DNA of 64,000 nucleotides from Candidatus Saccharimonadales bacterium (GCA_040876925.1 JBBDOS010000004.1:37330-101329), one strand, 5' to 3'; numbered from the stretch's first letter, positions 1 through 10,999 are shown. The notes: a model not told the origin generated them from the sequence alone. Numbers and translations: made by a program.

Positions 1-2799
1 AAATCTATTCAGCAACGCTCTGCTGATGATGCTTATGTATTCTATGATGGTCCACCGTTTATCACTGGTGAACCTCACCACGGCACGCTGCTATCATCCA
101 TTGTTAAAGACGCTATGCCTAGATACCAAACCATGAAAGGCAAGCGAGTAGAGCGTAAGTGGGGCTGGGATTGTCACGGCTTACCGGCAGAAGTTTTTAC
201 TGAGAAAAAGCTAGGCATAAAAGACAAGCGAGATATTGGCACCAAAATATCTCTAGAGGAATATATTACTACCTGTAGAGATAATATGGTGGCTACTGGT
301 GACTTATGGGAAGATACCATCGATAGGATAGGTCGCTGGGTAGACTTTAAAGGTGCCTATAAGACTATGGATAGAGACTATATGGAGTCGGTTTGGTGGG
401 CTTTTAAGCAGCTTTATGAAGATGGCAAGATTTATGAAGGTGAGAAAGTGCTGCTATATTGCACACGCGATGCTACGCCGATATCTAAAGCCGAAGTGGC
501 TATGGATAATTCTTACCAAGAAGTTACTGACCCCAGTGTATATGTGAAGTTTAAGCTAAGTGGTGAGGATAAATACCTATTAGCTTGGACAACTACACCA
601 TGGACACTACCCGCTAATACCGCCGTAGCTGTTAATGAGTCTATTGAATATAGTGAAATTATCGTAGATAGTGAACACCTGATATTAGCGAGCGAGCTAC
701 TAGATACAGTTTTAACAGACGAGAAGCATCAAGTACTTGATTATAGAATAGTTAATACTTTTAAGGGCAAAGATCTAATAGGTAAGAGCTATGTACCTAT
801 ATTTGAGGATAGAGGTACCAAAGCCCATCAGATATGGCATGCTGATTATGTTGGTGTAGACGAGGGCACTGGTATAGTTCATCTAGCCCCTGCTTATGGT
901 GAAGAGGACTTTGAGTTAGCTAAAGAAGAAGGCTTTCCGGTAGTTAGTATGGTGGATGAAAACGGCTTTTACGATAGTGGCAGATGGAAAGATCAACAGG
1001 TGTGGGATGTTAATAAAGAAATAGCCAAAACTCTACATCAAGAAGGTGTAATCTGGAAGATAGACTATATCAAACATAGCTATCCGCACTGTCATCGTTG
1101 TGGCACTAAGTTAATGTATAGAGCTCATCCCAGCTGGTTTATGGATATTGACGGTCAAAGGCAAGAGATGATTGAGCAAAACCAGGATATCTACTGGTTC
1201 CCTGAGCATATTAAGCATGGTCGTTGGCAGAAAACTATAGAGTCAGCACCGGACTGGAACCTATCTCGTGATCGTTTCTGGGCTACGGCTATGCCAGTAT
1301 GGAAAGGGGTAGATGATAAAGGCAAGGAGCATATCAAGGTTGTAGGTAGCTATGAAGAACTTAAAAGTTTAAGTGGTCAAGAGCTGGATGATTATCATCG
1401 TCCTTGGGTAGATGATATTACTTTTGAAGTTGATGGGGTTAAATATCACCGCATAGACAAGGTCTTGGATTGCTGGTTTGAATCAGGCTCAATGCCATTT
1501 GCTCAGTTCCACTATCCATTTGAGAATAAAGGTAAGTTCGAAGCTAGTTTCCCCGGAGACTTCATAGTCGAATATGTTGGACAGGTCAGAGCCTGGTTTT
1601 ACTACATGCATGCCGTATCTGTAGGGCTTTTTGGTAAAAATGCCTTCAAAAATGTCATAGTCACCGGTACTTTAGCGGGTAATGATGGCCGTAAGATGAG
1701 TAAGAGTTATAGCAACTATACTAACCCTAACGAATTAATGGATAGTTTTAGTGCGGATGCGCTGAGGTTCTTATTGCTATCATCACCAGTACTTGCCGGT
1801 GAAGACTTTTCGCTAATAGAAAAAGATGTTGGTGATGTGCAGCGTAAGTTAAATATGCTTTGGAATGTTTACGACTTCTTTACAATGTACGCCTCTGTAG
1901 ATGGCTGGGAGTGGAACGGTGACTTAGGCGATCCAACAGATTCTATGACTAACCCGCTTGATCGGTGGGTGCTAAGTAGAGTTCATCAGACTAATAAAAT
2001 AGTTGATGAGAATATGAGTCGGTATGATTTACCATCTGCTACTAAACCATTACTGGGCCTAGTTGAAGATATCAGCAACTGGTACGTACGTCGTTCTCGT
2101 AAACGGTTTTGGAAGAGTGAAGATGATCAAGATAAGGCCGATGCCTATCAAACCTTGCATTATGTCTTAACCCAAACAGCTATGATATTTGCTCCTTTTA
2201 CGCCATTTCTATCAGAGGAGCTGTATCGCAATTTAACCGGTGAGGAGTCAGTGCATCTAATAGACTGGCCTAAGGCTGGAGAAGTTGATCAAGATCTTAT
2301 CAACCAGATGGTAGTTTTGCGTAATCTAATTAAACAAGGTCTAGAATCTAGAGCTAGTAGCGGTATCAAAGTGCGTCAGCCTTTGACTAAAGTTAAAGTA
2401 TCTCTATCTCAAGAAATCAGTGAAGGGCTAATTGAGATTATTAAAGATGAGCTCAATATTAAAAAAGTAGAGTTTGATTTAACAAAAACGGATGAAGATG
2501 GTGCTGCAGGAGCTATATCGTTAGATAAAAATATTACTCCAGAATTGCAGCGAGAAGGGTATATGCGAGAGATAGTACGTCACGTGCAACAGTTTAGAAA
2601 AGAGTCAGGCTTAGAGGTAGATGATCGCATTGATTTAGTATTAAATACTGATGATAAGCAATTATCTCAAGCAATTAGTGATTATCAGAATGTAATTAAA
2701 TCTGAGACTTTAGCAAAATCGATCAATAATCAAGGTGAAACCACTAAAAATGTTGACATAGATGGTAAAGGTTTAGGGATAGGTTTAGGCAAGGTCTAG
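1..2799 (+). CDS. ileS: Isoleucine--tRNA ligase, type 2 (5'-truncated by window edge)
   Basis: Frame 1 is open from base 1 (FYDGPPFITGEPHHGT); GWDCHGLP, WTTTPWTLP, DCWFESGSMP and KMSKS motifs. Confidence 0.97.
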   Translation, partial: KSIQQRSADDAYVFYDGPPFITGEPHHGTLLSSIVKDAMPRYQTMKGKRVERKWGWDCHGLPAEVFTEKKLGIKDKRDIGTKISLEEYITTCRDNMVATGDLWEDTIDRIGRWVDFKGAYKTMDRDYMESVWWAFKQLYEDGKIYEGEKVLLYCTRDATPISKAEVAMDNSYQEVTDPSVYVKFKLSGEDKYLLAWTTTPWTLPANTAVAVNESIEYSEIIVDSEHLILASELLDTVLTDEKHQVLDYRIVNTFKGKDLIGKSYVPIFEDRGTKAHQIWHADYVGVDEGTGIVHLAPAYGEEDFELAKEEGFPVVSMVDENGFYDSGRWKDQQVWDVNKEIAKTLHQEGVIWKIDYIKHSYPHCHRCGTKLMYRAHPSWFMDIDGQRQEMIEQNQDIYWFPEHIKHGRWQKTIESAPDWNLSRDRFWATAMPVWKGVDDKGKEHIKVVGSYEELKSLSGQELDDYHRPWVDDITFEVDGVKYHRIDKVLDCWFESGSMPFAQFHYPFENKGKFEASFPGDFIVEYVGQVRAWFYYMHAVSVGLFGKNAFKNVIVTGTLAGNDGRKMSKSYSNYTNPNELMDSFSADALRFLLLSSPVLAGEDFSLIEKDVGDVQRKLNMLWNVYDFFTMYASVDGWEWNGDLGDPTDSMTNPLDRWVLSRVHQTNKIVDENMSRYDLPSATKPLLGLVEDISNWYVRRSRKRFWKSEDDQDKADAYQTLHYVLTQTAMIFAPFTPFLSEELYRNLTGEESVHLIDWPKAGEVDQDLINQMVVLRNLIKQGLESRASSGIKVRQPLTKVKVSLSQEISEGLIEIIKDELNIKKVEFDLTKTDEDGAAGAISLDKNITPELQREGYMREIVRHVQQFRKESGLEVDDRIDLVLNTDDKQLSQAISDYQNVIKSETLAKSINNQGETTKNVDIDGKGLGIGLGKV

Positions 2800-2835
2800 A
2801 AGTTATTATCCTGAACCTATAAACTAAAATCTATA

Positions 2836-3921
2836 ATGCCAGCTAGATTAGACTACATACTATTATTTAGTACTTTAATTCTTTGCTTGATAGGGGTTAT
2901 AGTGCTGCATTCTATCAATGTACGCGATCCCAGCCTGCTACAAGGGTTTAATCCATCATGGCAACTAATAGCCCTGTTGATAGGTTCAATAGGTCTCATA
3001 TTATTTATGAGGATGGATTATCATATATTAGCTAGAATAGCTCCTTTGTGGTATGGAGTTGGTGTTTTATTGTTAGTCTTGGTGTTATTTTTTGGTGAAG
3101 CAGTTAGTGGATCAACTAGAGCTCTAAGCTTCGGTGTAGTAGAGTTTCAGCCGGCTGAAATTGCCAAAATGGGCATGATATTATTATTGGCTAGTTACTA
3201 CAATAAAAACTCCAATAAATTACATAAATTAAATACTTTATTTATATCAATGATTATTACAGCAGCGGTGGTGATCTTAGTATTTTTACAACCAGATCTA
3301 GGTACCGCTATAGTACTGTTGATTATCTGGGCTATGATAAGTTTTATGGCTGGTATTAGACGTAGCTTTCTAGTGGGGTTGGCTTTAATTGGTTTAATAG
3401 CTCTACCAGTTGCTATTCAAGTACTAGAACCTTATCAGCAAGCCAGACTAGAAACGTTTTTTGATCCCACCGCTGATTCTCAGGGCCAGGGATATAACGT
3501 TGATCAATCAATGATAGCTATAGGCTCTGGTCAGTTATTTGGTAGAGGCTTGGGTGGAGGAACTCAGAGTACTCTCAACTTCTTACCGTCTCAACACACT
3601 GACTTCATATTTGCTGTTATAGCTGAAAAGCTAGGGTTGATAGGAGCATCTTCAGTACTAATACTCTTCGGATTATTACTGTGGCGAGGGTTTGTGATAG
3701 CTTGGAGGGCTAGAGATAGCTTCGGGGCTTTACTAGCTTCGGGTATAACCACTATGTTTTTGGTCCAAATAGTTATTACTATCGGTATGAATCTAGGTAT
3801 AGCTCCTGTAACTGGTCTGCCGTTACCTTTTTTAGCATACGGTGGCACCAACTTAATAATCAGCCTTCTAGCTGTTGGTATATTGCTAAATATATCCAAA
3901 AACTCATTATCTAATGCTTAA
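2836..3921 (+). CDS. rodA: SEDS peptidoglycan glycosyltransferase RodA
   Basis: Multi-TM; FQPAEIAK, LPSQHTDFIFAVIAE, GLPLPFLAYGG motifs; a separate FtsW lies in the dcw cluster. Confidence 0.88.
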   Translation: MPARLDYILLFSTLILCLIGVIVLHSINVRDPSLLQGFNPSWQLIALLIGSIGLILFMRMDYHILARIAPLWYGVGVLLLVLVLFFGEAVSGSTRALSFGVVEFQPAEIAKMGMILLLASYYNKNSNKLHKLNTLFISMIITAAVVILVFLQPDLGTAIVLLIIWAMISFMAGIRRSFLVGLALIGLIALPVAIQVLEPYQQARLETFFDPTADSQGQGYNVDQSMIAIGSGQLFGRGLGGGTQSTLNFLPSQHTDFIFAVIAEKLGLIGASSVLILFGLLLWRGFVIAWRARDSFGALLASGITTMFLVQIVITIGMNLGIAPVTGLPLPFLAYGGTNLIISLLAVGILLNISKNSLSNA

Positions 3922-3939
3922 TGAAAAGTATCTTAGGAA

Positions 3940-4257
3940 TTAAGATTTGATATCAGTTATCTTGATAGTGCTATAGTTTTGCCTGTGACCGGTTTTCTTA
4001 GATACTCGTTTCTTAGCTTTGAACTTAAAGATAGTTATTTTATCACCCTTAACTCTTGGTTCAACAACTTTAGCTGTGACTTTCACGCCTTTAACTGTAG
4101 GGGTGCCAATTTGCACGCTTTTATCGTCCTTATCATCAAAAACCAATAGAGGGTCAAAGCTTAGTTGTTTCTTCACATCTACTAGCTCTATATTGAATTC
4201 TTGGTTTTTGGCAACCAAATATTGTTTGCCACCAGTTTCTATAACTGCTTGCTTCAT
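3940..4257 (-). CDS. rplU: 50S ribosomal protein bL21
   Basis: AVIETGGKQYLV N-terminus; GHRQNYS C-terminal motif. Confidence 0.96.
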   Translation of the reverse strand: MKQAVIETGGKQYLVAKNQEFNIELVDVKKQLSFDPLLVFDDKDDKSVQIGTPTVKGVKVTAKVVEPRVKGDKITIFKFKAKKRVSKKTGHRQNYSTIKITDIKS

Positions 4258-4464
4258 AATTTATTGATTCTCTTTCTTATAAACAATCGTATCATATCCT
4301 AACAGTATTACTTAGCGGTGTAAAGACCACACCAGTATTTTACTGCTTGCTATGATGATCTGTAGTTTGTTCCTGAGGTTTTTAACATTAACTACTAGTG
4401 CTTAGCCTATGCTAAAATATCAAAGAGCAATAACTTATAAAGAGAGGTTAGTAGAAATATAAAA

Positions 4465-5256
4465 ATGGCAACTAATATCATTGCTATAGCCAATCAAAAA
4501 GGTGGAGTAGGCAAGACCACTACCACTATTAATACTGCTCATTACTTAGCTATGGCTGGTAAGTCGGTGTTAGTAGTGGATTTGGATCCTCAAGGTAATA
4601 CTACTAGCGGTATGGGGCTAGATAAGCATAATCTAGACAAAGATTTGTATCACGCCCTACATGATTTTAGTGTGACTCATCAGATTCTAAAAACTACACC
4701 CCATAACGTATCCATCTTACCAGCCTCGCCGGTATTAGCTGCTGCAGAGGTGGAGCTAGTTAACCTTGATTCTAGAGAATACCGCTTAAAAAGCGTTCTT
4801 AACCAGTTAGATTTTGATTATGTGTTAATAGATTGTCCACCATCGCTAGGATTACTAACTATTAATGGTCTAAGTGCAGCTGAGCATGTACTAATACCTG
4901 TACAAGCAGAGTATTTTGCCCTAGAGGGCTTGGGGCAACTACTGCAGACTATAGAGATGGTTAAAAAAGGCCTTAATCCAAACCTAGATTTACTAGGTGT
5001 AGTACTGACTATGCACGCTGGTAGGACAACATTGTCAAACCAGGTACACGCAGAGGTTCACAAACATTTCCCGGGCCAGGTTTTTGACGAATTTATACCG
5101 AGAAATGTACGCTTAGCTGAAGCACCCAGCTATGGTCAGCCTATACATCTATATGATAAGCGCAGTAAGGGGGCCAAGGCGTATAAGAAGTTTTCTAAAG
5201 AGCTAATGAAACGAGTTGATAGTAAAAAAGGAGGCAAGAAGAATGGTGGCAAATAG
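4465..5256 (+). CDS. parA: ParA/Soj chromosome partitioning ATPase
   Basis: NQKGGVGKTTT deviant Walker A, DLDPQGN, IDCPPSLG, PRNVRLAEAPS. Confidence 0.96.
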   Translation: MATNIIAIANQKGGVGKTTTTINTAHYLAMAGKSVLVVDLDPQGNTTSGMGLDKHNLDKDLYHALHDFSVTHQILKTTPHNVSILPASPVLAAAEVELVNLDSREYRLKSVLNQLDFDYVLIDCPPSLGLLTINGLSAAEHVLIPVQAEYFALEGLGQLLQTIEMVKKGLNPNLDLLGVVLTMHAGRTTLSNQVHAEVHKHFPGQVFDEFIPRNVRLAEAPSYGQPIHLYDKRSKGAKAYKKFSKELMKRVDSKKGGKKNGGK

Positions 5257-6088
5257 AGGCTTAGGCAGGGGTTTTGACTCACTGATACCAACTACTACTG
5301 AAGAGGAGTTTGATCCGATACCAGCAGATAAATCGGCAATTGCTGAGATAGATCCTAAGCTAATAGATCCTAACCCGCACCAACCTAGGACTAATTTTGC
5401 TAAAGAAACTATAGATGCTTTAGCTAGCTCCATTAAAGAGCACGGCATCTTGCAGCCACTAGTAGCTCAGGCCAGAGGAGATAGGTATGAGTTAATAGCC
5501 GGTGAGAGGCGCCTGCGAGCGGCTAAACAGCTGAAATTAAAGTCTGTCCCAGTTATAGTGCGTAGTTTTGATGAGCAGCAGTCCTTAGAACTAGCTTTAG
5601 TAGAGAACATCCAACGAGAACAGCTAAACGCTGTAGAGACAGCAGCAGCTTACCAGAAATTAATCGACCAGTTTAATCTAACAGCTGCTGAAGTAGCCAA
5701 GAAAATAGGCCGAGATGCTAGTACTATCAAAAACACTATACGTTTATTGCGACTACCCCTGGAAGCAAAAAGAGCTCTAGCGGAAGGCTTAATCAGTGAA
5801 GGTCATGCTAGGTCAATTTTAAGTACTCCTGAGGAGCAACAACAGACTCTATTAGACTCAGTTATAAAAAATAACTGGACGGTACGTATGGCTGAGGAAT
5901 TTGCTAGAGATTCTAAAAAATCTAAAGTATCACCGTCGCAAGTTACCTCAGAAGATGTTCGGACCAAAGCTCTTAGTAAACAGCTCAAAACTACTGTGCA
6001 GATACAAAAAAGAGCTAAGGGTGGTAGGTTATTAATTCATTACAAAGACGATAAGGATTTAGATAGAATTCTTAAAAAGCTAAATTAA
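5243..6088 (+). CDS. parB: ParB/Spo0J partition protein (start placed at ATG 5243)
   Basis: RGLGRG N-terminal peptide, PNPHQPR, AGERRLRA, ENIQRE; follows parA. Confidence 0.95.
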   Translation: MVANRGLGRGFDSLIPTTTEEEFDPIPADKSAIAEIDPKLIDPNPHQPRTNFAKETIDALASSIKEHGILQPLVAQARGDRYELIAGERRLRAAKQLKLKSVPVIVRSFDEQQSLELALVENIQREQLNAVETAAAYQKLIDQFNLTAAEVAKKIGRDASTIKNTIRLLRLPLEAKRALAEGLISEGHARSILSTPEEQQQTLLDSVIKNNWTVRMAEEFARDSKKSKVSPSQVTSEDVRTKALSKQLKTTVQIQKRAKGGRLLIHYKDDKDLDRILKKLN

Positions 6089-6098
6089 GGCATTATAA

Positions 6099-6707
6099 TT
6101 AAAAAGCCTGCATATCTGAGACAGGCCAAAGCTTTAATGTCAGAGAACCAATTATATCCTCAGCTTTAACGGAGCCTAGTTGATTGCGTGAATCTAGCGA
6201 ATGGCCATTTTCGCGGTTATCTCCTATTAGGAATATTTCTCCTTCTGGTACGACAACATTAAGTTCTCCAGATATATCTACAGTAGGCAAATCTAACTCT
6301 TCGTAAGGATCAAACCCCGTTGGGTTGGAGTTATTATAGATAGTTACCTTACCCTCAGAGATATTAATATTATCATTAGGCAAGCCTATAACTCTTTTAA
6401 TTAAGCGATTATTATTGCCATTAACTACCACTATAGAGCCTCTTTCTGGTAGATACTCATTCCCCCTTAGTTCTGATAGCGAAGGACCTAGTTTAGAAAT
6501 TATTAGGTAGTCACCCTGACTTAATGTAGGCTCCATGCTAGCACCAAACACCTGATATGACTGAAACACAAACTGTTGCAAGCCGATAGCTATAGTAATA
6601 GCTACTATCCAAGAGATAACAATCTTAATGAAAGCCAGGTTGTGTTTAGTTTCGCTAGTCTTTGCCGCGTCTGTTTCGGTTTGGTAGTTTAGTTCGTTAT
6701 TATCCAT
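6099..6707 (-). CDS. lepB: Signal peptidase I
   Basis: One TM helix, then SMEPTL (catalytic Ser), IKRVIGLP (Lys), GDNR..S.DSR. Confidence 0.93.
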   Translation of the reverse strand: MDNNELNYQTETDAAKTSETKHNLAFIKIVISWIVAITIAIGLQQFVFQSYQVFGASMEPTLSQGDYLIISKLGPSLSELRGNEYLPERGSIVVVNGNNNRLIKRVIGLPNDNINISEGKVTIYNNSNPTGFDPYEELDLPTVDISGELNVVVPEGEIFLIGDNRENGHSLDSRNQLGSVKAEDIIGSLTLKLWPVSDMQAF

Positions 6708-6841
6708 ACTTCACATACAGTATAACAGGGTCTTTTAGTCTTAGGCGGAATAATTTCCTTGATCTAAGTAAACATAACCTAAATAACCCTAGAAAGAGAT
6801 AGACTTCGAAGGTTTAAATTCGTATAATATAACCTATTGTC

Positions 6842-8236
6842 ATGAGTAAGAAACAACCAAAAATAAGTAGCGACAGCCAAGAGGATATGCTTACATATGG
6901 ACTGCCAGATCCAGACATAGATGAACCATCTAAACGCCGGCGAAGACCGAGGAGTAAGAGGTTCTTCACTAAAAAACGCGTAGTAATAGGTATTAGCAGT
7001 TTCTCGGCTGTATTTGTAATAGTAGGGGCTATAACTGCTTGGTTTCTTTATTCAAATGTAATTTTCACTAATCTAGGGGATGATATATTTCAAGGAGAAG
7101 CTGATCCTAGCACATTGCGTGGTGAGGGGGATGGGCGAATTAATATTATGTTGCTTGGTATAGATAATGCTGCAGATCTAAGCGACAGTATTATGGTAGC
7201 CTCCTTGGACCCTATAGCTAAAGATGTAGCTTTATTGTCTATTCCCAGGGATCTATGGGTGGATATACCTGGGTTCGGGTCTGCCAAGATCAATGCAGCC
7301 CATGCTTTTGGAGAACGTTATGGTTATGAGGGCGGCGGTCCAGCTCTGACCAAGGAAGTGCTAGAAGATATTCTAGATATACCGATTCATTATTATGGCA
7401 CAGCTAATTTTGAAGGCTTTAATGAGGCCATAGACTTTATAGGTGGTATAGAAGTGGAGGTTGAAGAGGATATAGTGGATTATTCTTATCCAGCTGAAAA
7501 TAATGGCGGGTTTGATCCTTTCATAATACGTAAGGGAGTTCATCAAATGGATGGAGAAACAGCTCTAAAATATGCTCGCTCCAGATACTCTACTAGTGAT
7601 TTTGACAGAAGTAAGAGACAGCAGTATATCTTAGCAGCTCTTAAGGATAAGGTTTTATCTCTAGGAACTCTATCGAATCCTATTAAAGTAGCTAATTTGC
7701 TTCGATCTTTTAGTCGCAATACTGATACCGACCTAAAGCTAGAAGAGATCATGAGGTTGGTTGAGATTGCCAGAGAAATAGATACAGAAGATATGACCCA
7801 AGCCCGATTAGACGCCTCAGAAGATAATTTCTTAACATTTAGTAATATATACGGACAATCAGCCTTAGTTCCATCTGCAGGAGATTTCTCAAATATACAA
7901 GAATATGTCAGAGGGCTATTAATTGATAGTTATATCAAAGATGAGGCAGCCTCTCTAAGCATTCTTAATGGCACCCTTCAGGAAGGTCTAGCTACGGAGA
8001 CAGCAGCCTTACTTAGAAGTTTCGGTTATGGTGTAGATAATATTAACAATGCCTCTGCTCGTGACTATGAACAAACTGTTATCTTTGATTATAGTGGTGA
8101 TAAACCTTATACACTAAGGTACTTAGAGAAGCGTTTTGGAGTGAAGGCATTACGACGCGACCCTCCTATCGGTGATGAGCAGACATATGATATAGAGATT
8201 GTAATAGGAAGCGATTATGCCTCTACTATTAACTGA
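6842..8236 (+). CDS. LCP (LytR-CpsA-Psr) family protein with C-terminal LytR_C domain
   Basis: TM helix, NIMLLGID, SIPRDLWV, KINAAH, YARSR..SDFDRSKRQQ; C-terminal ILNGT...GLA..IVIGSD. Confidence 0.92.
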   Translation: MSKKQPKISSDSQEDMLTYGLPDPDIDEPSKRRRRPRSKRFFTKKRVVIGISSFSAVFVIVGAITAWFLYSNVIFTNLGDDIFQGEADPSTLRGEGDGRINIMLLGIDNAADLSDSIMVASLDPIAKDVALLSIPRDLWVDIPGFGSAKINAAHAFGERYGYEGGGPALTKEVLEDILDIPIHYYGTANFEGFNEAIDFIGGIEVEVEEDIVDYSYPAENNGGFDPFIIRKGVHQMDGETALKYARSRYSTSDFDRSKRQQYILAALKDKVLSLGTLSNPIKVANLLRSFSRNTDTDLKLEEIMRLVEIAREIDTEDMTQARLDASEDNFLTFSNIYGQSALVPSAGDFSNIQEYVRGLLIDSYIKDEAASLSILNGTLQEGLATETAALLRSFGYGVDNINNASARDYEQTVIFDYSGDKPYTLRYLEKRFGVKALRRDPPIGDEQTYDIEIVIGSDYASTIN

Positions 8237-8987
8237 TTTACGATCACAAATGTCATCAAAGAGACAAGCTATAAGGGGGGCTATTAGTATTGGTTTGGCT
8301 CTATCGTTACTGCTCTTAGTTAGAGCTGATCTAGTATTATTGGCCGCACTATTAGCGGTCGCTAGCAAATGGCAGTTAATATTAGGCGGTCCAAAGTTGT
8401 GGCTACTTAATATCTGGGACAACGCGGCTGATATTATAGTTCTAATCAGTTATATAGTCTTGCTAGTAATTTATAACATTGACCCTACTTTGCAGTGGAT
8501 GATCATGGCTATTTATCTGTTATGGCAAGTAGTTATTAAGCCTTTGAGTGGGATAGGCGGTAAGGGCTTACAAGCCTTATTCGCTCTAGGTATTAGTATA
8601 GGTACCATATTCTTACTTAAGTCCACGCTGGGTATAGGTGGAGTTATAATTTTATCTTGGGTAGTAGGATATATATCGGCTAGTCACTTCTTATCTAGCA
8701 GTGATGATAATGTGCGCAGATTACTACCTCTAATATGGGCGTTAATTGTTGCTCAGTTTGCCTGGATAATGTCCCATTGGCTAATATTTTATCCATTGCT
8801 TAATGGACGCTTGCTGATACCTCAAGCTATAGTGGTTTTAGTGCCGCTAGCCTATATCTTCGGCAATATATATTACGATCATTTAAACAAAAGGCTGAAA
8901 AAGAAGCGCCTATTTGGATACTTGGGTATCATGGCTTTTATACTACTAGTAGTTATTAGTGGTAGCGAATGGGTGATAGAGATATAG
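8217..8987 (+). CDS. Hypothetical polytopic membrane protein
   Basis: 256-aa ORF of about 8 hydrophobic segments overlapping the LCP stop; start uncertain. Confidence 0.7.
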   Translation: MPLLLTDLRSQMSSKRQAIRGAISIGLALSLLLLVRADLVLLAALLAVASKWQLILGGPKLWLLNIWDNAADIIVLISYIVLLVIYNIDPTLQWMIMAIYLLWQVVIKPLSGIGGKGLQALFALGISIGTIFLLKSTLGIGGVIILSWVVGYISASHFLSSSDDNVRRLLPLIWALIVAQFAWIMSHWLIFYPLLNGRLLIPQAIVVLVPLAYIFGNIYYDHLNKRLKKKRLFGYLGIMAFILLVVISGSEWVIEI

Positions 8988-9055
8988 CTAGTAAATAGAA
9001 AATATTTAAGATGGGCTTGTTGCGATATAACCCCCAAAACTGCTACGCTTATATT

Positions 9056-10168
9056 ATGATTAAAAGTAAGATGGTCTGGCTAGGAGTATCTTTGGTTATT
9101 GTAGTGTCGTTCATCGGCGGCATTATCGGTGGTTTCTTGGGTGTGGGGGTTTTAGACGAGATACTGTTTGACACAGACCGCTCCAGGGATGTCATATTAC
9201 AAGAGAGTTCAGCTATTATTGATGTAGTTAATCAATTAGAACCTAGTGTAGTTAATATTACATCCGAAGGAGTTCCTAGGTATGATATTTTTGGGCATGA
9301 ATTTGAAGGTAGGGGTGGTGCAGGAACAGGGATTATTATATCTGAAGACGGCTTAATTATTACCAATAAACACGTTGCACCAGAGAATAGTAGCATAGCG
9401 GTAACTTTACATGATGATACTTTCTATGAAGATGTTGAAGTAGTAGCACGTGATCCATTTAATGATATAGCCTATTTGCGCATCGATAGCGACAAAGACT
9501 TAATACCAGCTGAATTAGCCGACTCTGATAAGGTTATAGTGGGCCAGAAAGCGGTGGCTATAGGTAATGTATTAGGTAGGTTTAGCAACACTGTTACTAC
9601 TGGTATTATATCGGCCATTGGTCGTCCAGTTGTAGCTGCTGGTGACGGCATAGAAGCAGAGAGTCTGGAAGGACTATTTCAGACAGATGCAGCTATTAAC
9701 CCCGGCAACTCTGGAGGTCCGTTAGTTAATGTTCAGGGGCAGGTTATCGGTATTAATACTGCCGTAGCTGGTGGAGTAGACAACATAGGGTTTGCTATAC
9801 CAATCAACCAAGCTAAAGGTGGTATTGCCAGTATTTTAGAAAATGGCAGGTTAATAAAACCTTTCTTAGGTGTTAGATATATAACCCTTAACGCTCAAAC
9901 AGCTCGCAGCCAAGGTATAGATATCGACAAGGGAGCTCTTTTAGTAGGCGATGATGAGGCCGGCGCTATTGTTGAAGATTCTCCCGCAGAAGCAGCTGGT
10001 TTGGAGGCTGGTGATGTAATAGTTAAAGTTGATGATGTTGACGTCAATAGGCAGCAACCTCTATCAGTTATATTGGGTAGATATAAGGCTGGAGATAGTT
10101 TAGAACTAGTAGTTATCAGAAATGATCAAGAGTTAAATATTGAGGTTGTTTTAGCAGAATTTAAGTAA
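9056..10168 (+). CDS. htrA: HtrA/DegP-like serine protease with PDZ domain (start placed at ATG 9056)
   Basis: TM anchor, TNKHV, QTDAAINPGNSGGPL, C-terminal PDZ (PFLGV...SPAEAAGL). Confidence 0.93.
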   Translation: MIKSKMVWLGVSLVIVVSFIGGIIGGFLGVGVLDEILFDTDRSRDVILQESSAIIDVVNQLEPSVVNITSEGVPRYDIFGHEFEGRGGAGTGIIISEDGLIITNKHVAPENSSIAVTLHDDTFYEDVEVVARDPFNDIAYLRIDSDKDLIPAELADSDKVIVGQKAVAIGNVLGRFSNTVTTGIISAIGRPVVAAGDGIEAESLEGLFQTDAAINPGNSGGPLVNVQGQVIGINTAVAGGVDNIGFAIPINQAKGGIASILENGRLIKPFLGVRYITLNAQTARSQGIDIDKGALLVGDDEAGAIVEDSPAEAAGLEAGDVIVKVDDVDVNRQQPLSVILGRYKAGDSLELVVIRNDQELNIEVVLAEFK

Positions 10169-10186
10169 CCCCCTAAAGACTAGAGG

Positions 10187-10999
10187 TTACTCCAGTACCT
10201 TAAATACCAAGATAAAGTTATCAGAGTATACTGCCTCTAACCTTTGTTTGATAGCCACCTTGGTAATACTTTGGCGTTGCTCTGGTAAAGCCTCTAAAAG
10301 CAGTAAACCTTCAACCTTAAGATTATTTCTAACTTGGCTTAATAATCTGAATATATGATCTAATCCGTCTTGATCAGAGAAAATAGCTTCTCCAGGCTCA
10401 AAGGCTACTTCTTCTGAACAGGGGTAGTCTTTGGGTATATAGGGTAAATTAGCGATAATGTAGTCCAGCTCACTAGTAATATTATCTAATAAGTCACTAT
10501 ATATAAATGATATATCTACTTGATTATCAGCAGCATTCTTCTCCGCAATTTCCAGAGCTTTATCTGATATATCACTAGCATATACTTCTATATCTGGTCG
10601 ATTCTTTTTGATAGCTATCGCTATAGCTCCACTGCCAGTACCCACATCTAATACCCTAGCTTTTTTAGGGGCATTATCTAAAACATATTCAACCAACTTT
10701 TCTGTTTCAGGACGTGGTGTCATTACATTTTCATCAACGAAGAAGCCAAGATCATAAAACTGCTTGTGATTTAAGATATAAGCTACCGGCTCAAAACTAC
10801 TTCTTCTAGATATAAGCTGGTTAAATTCACTTATCTGATTTTTATCTAAAATATCTTCAATGTCTTTGTCTTGATCTGCGAGTAGTTGAGCGCGATTTTT
10901 ACGAGAAACCTTCTCTAGTAGTATTAGTGCGTCTAATCGGGGGGTTGAAGATTTAGGTAGATCTTCAGTAGCTTGTTTTAAGATGTCTTTAACTGTCAC
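10187..10999 (-). CDS. prmC: Release factor glutamine methyltransferase
   Basis: PRPETE, LDVGTGSGAIA, ANLPY; directly downstream of prfA. Confidence 0.94.
   Translation of the reverse strand: MTVKDILKQATEDLPKSSTPRLDALILLEKVSRKNRAQLLADQDKDIEDILDKNQISEFNQLISRRSSFEPVAYILNHKQFYDLGFFVDENVMTPRPETEKLVEYVLDNAPKKARVLDVGTGSGAIAIAIKKNRPDIEVYASDISDKALEIAEKNAADNQVDISFIYSDLLDNITSELDYIIANLPYIPKDYPCSEEVAFEPGEAIFSDQDGLDHIFRLLSQVRNNLKVEGLLLLEALPEQRQSITKVAIKQRLEAVYSDNFILVFKVLE

Noticed and set aside
4258-6088. parS site or replication origin near parAB
   Set aside because: No TGTTTCACGTGAAACA-like palindrome or DnaA-box cluster found by eye.
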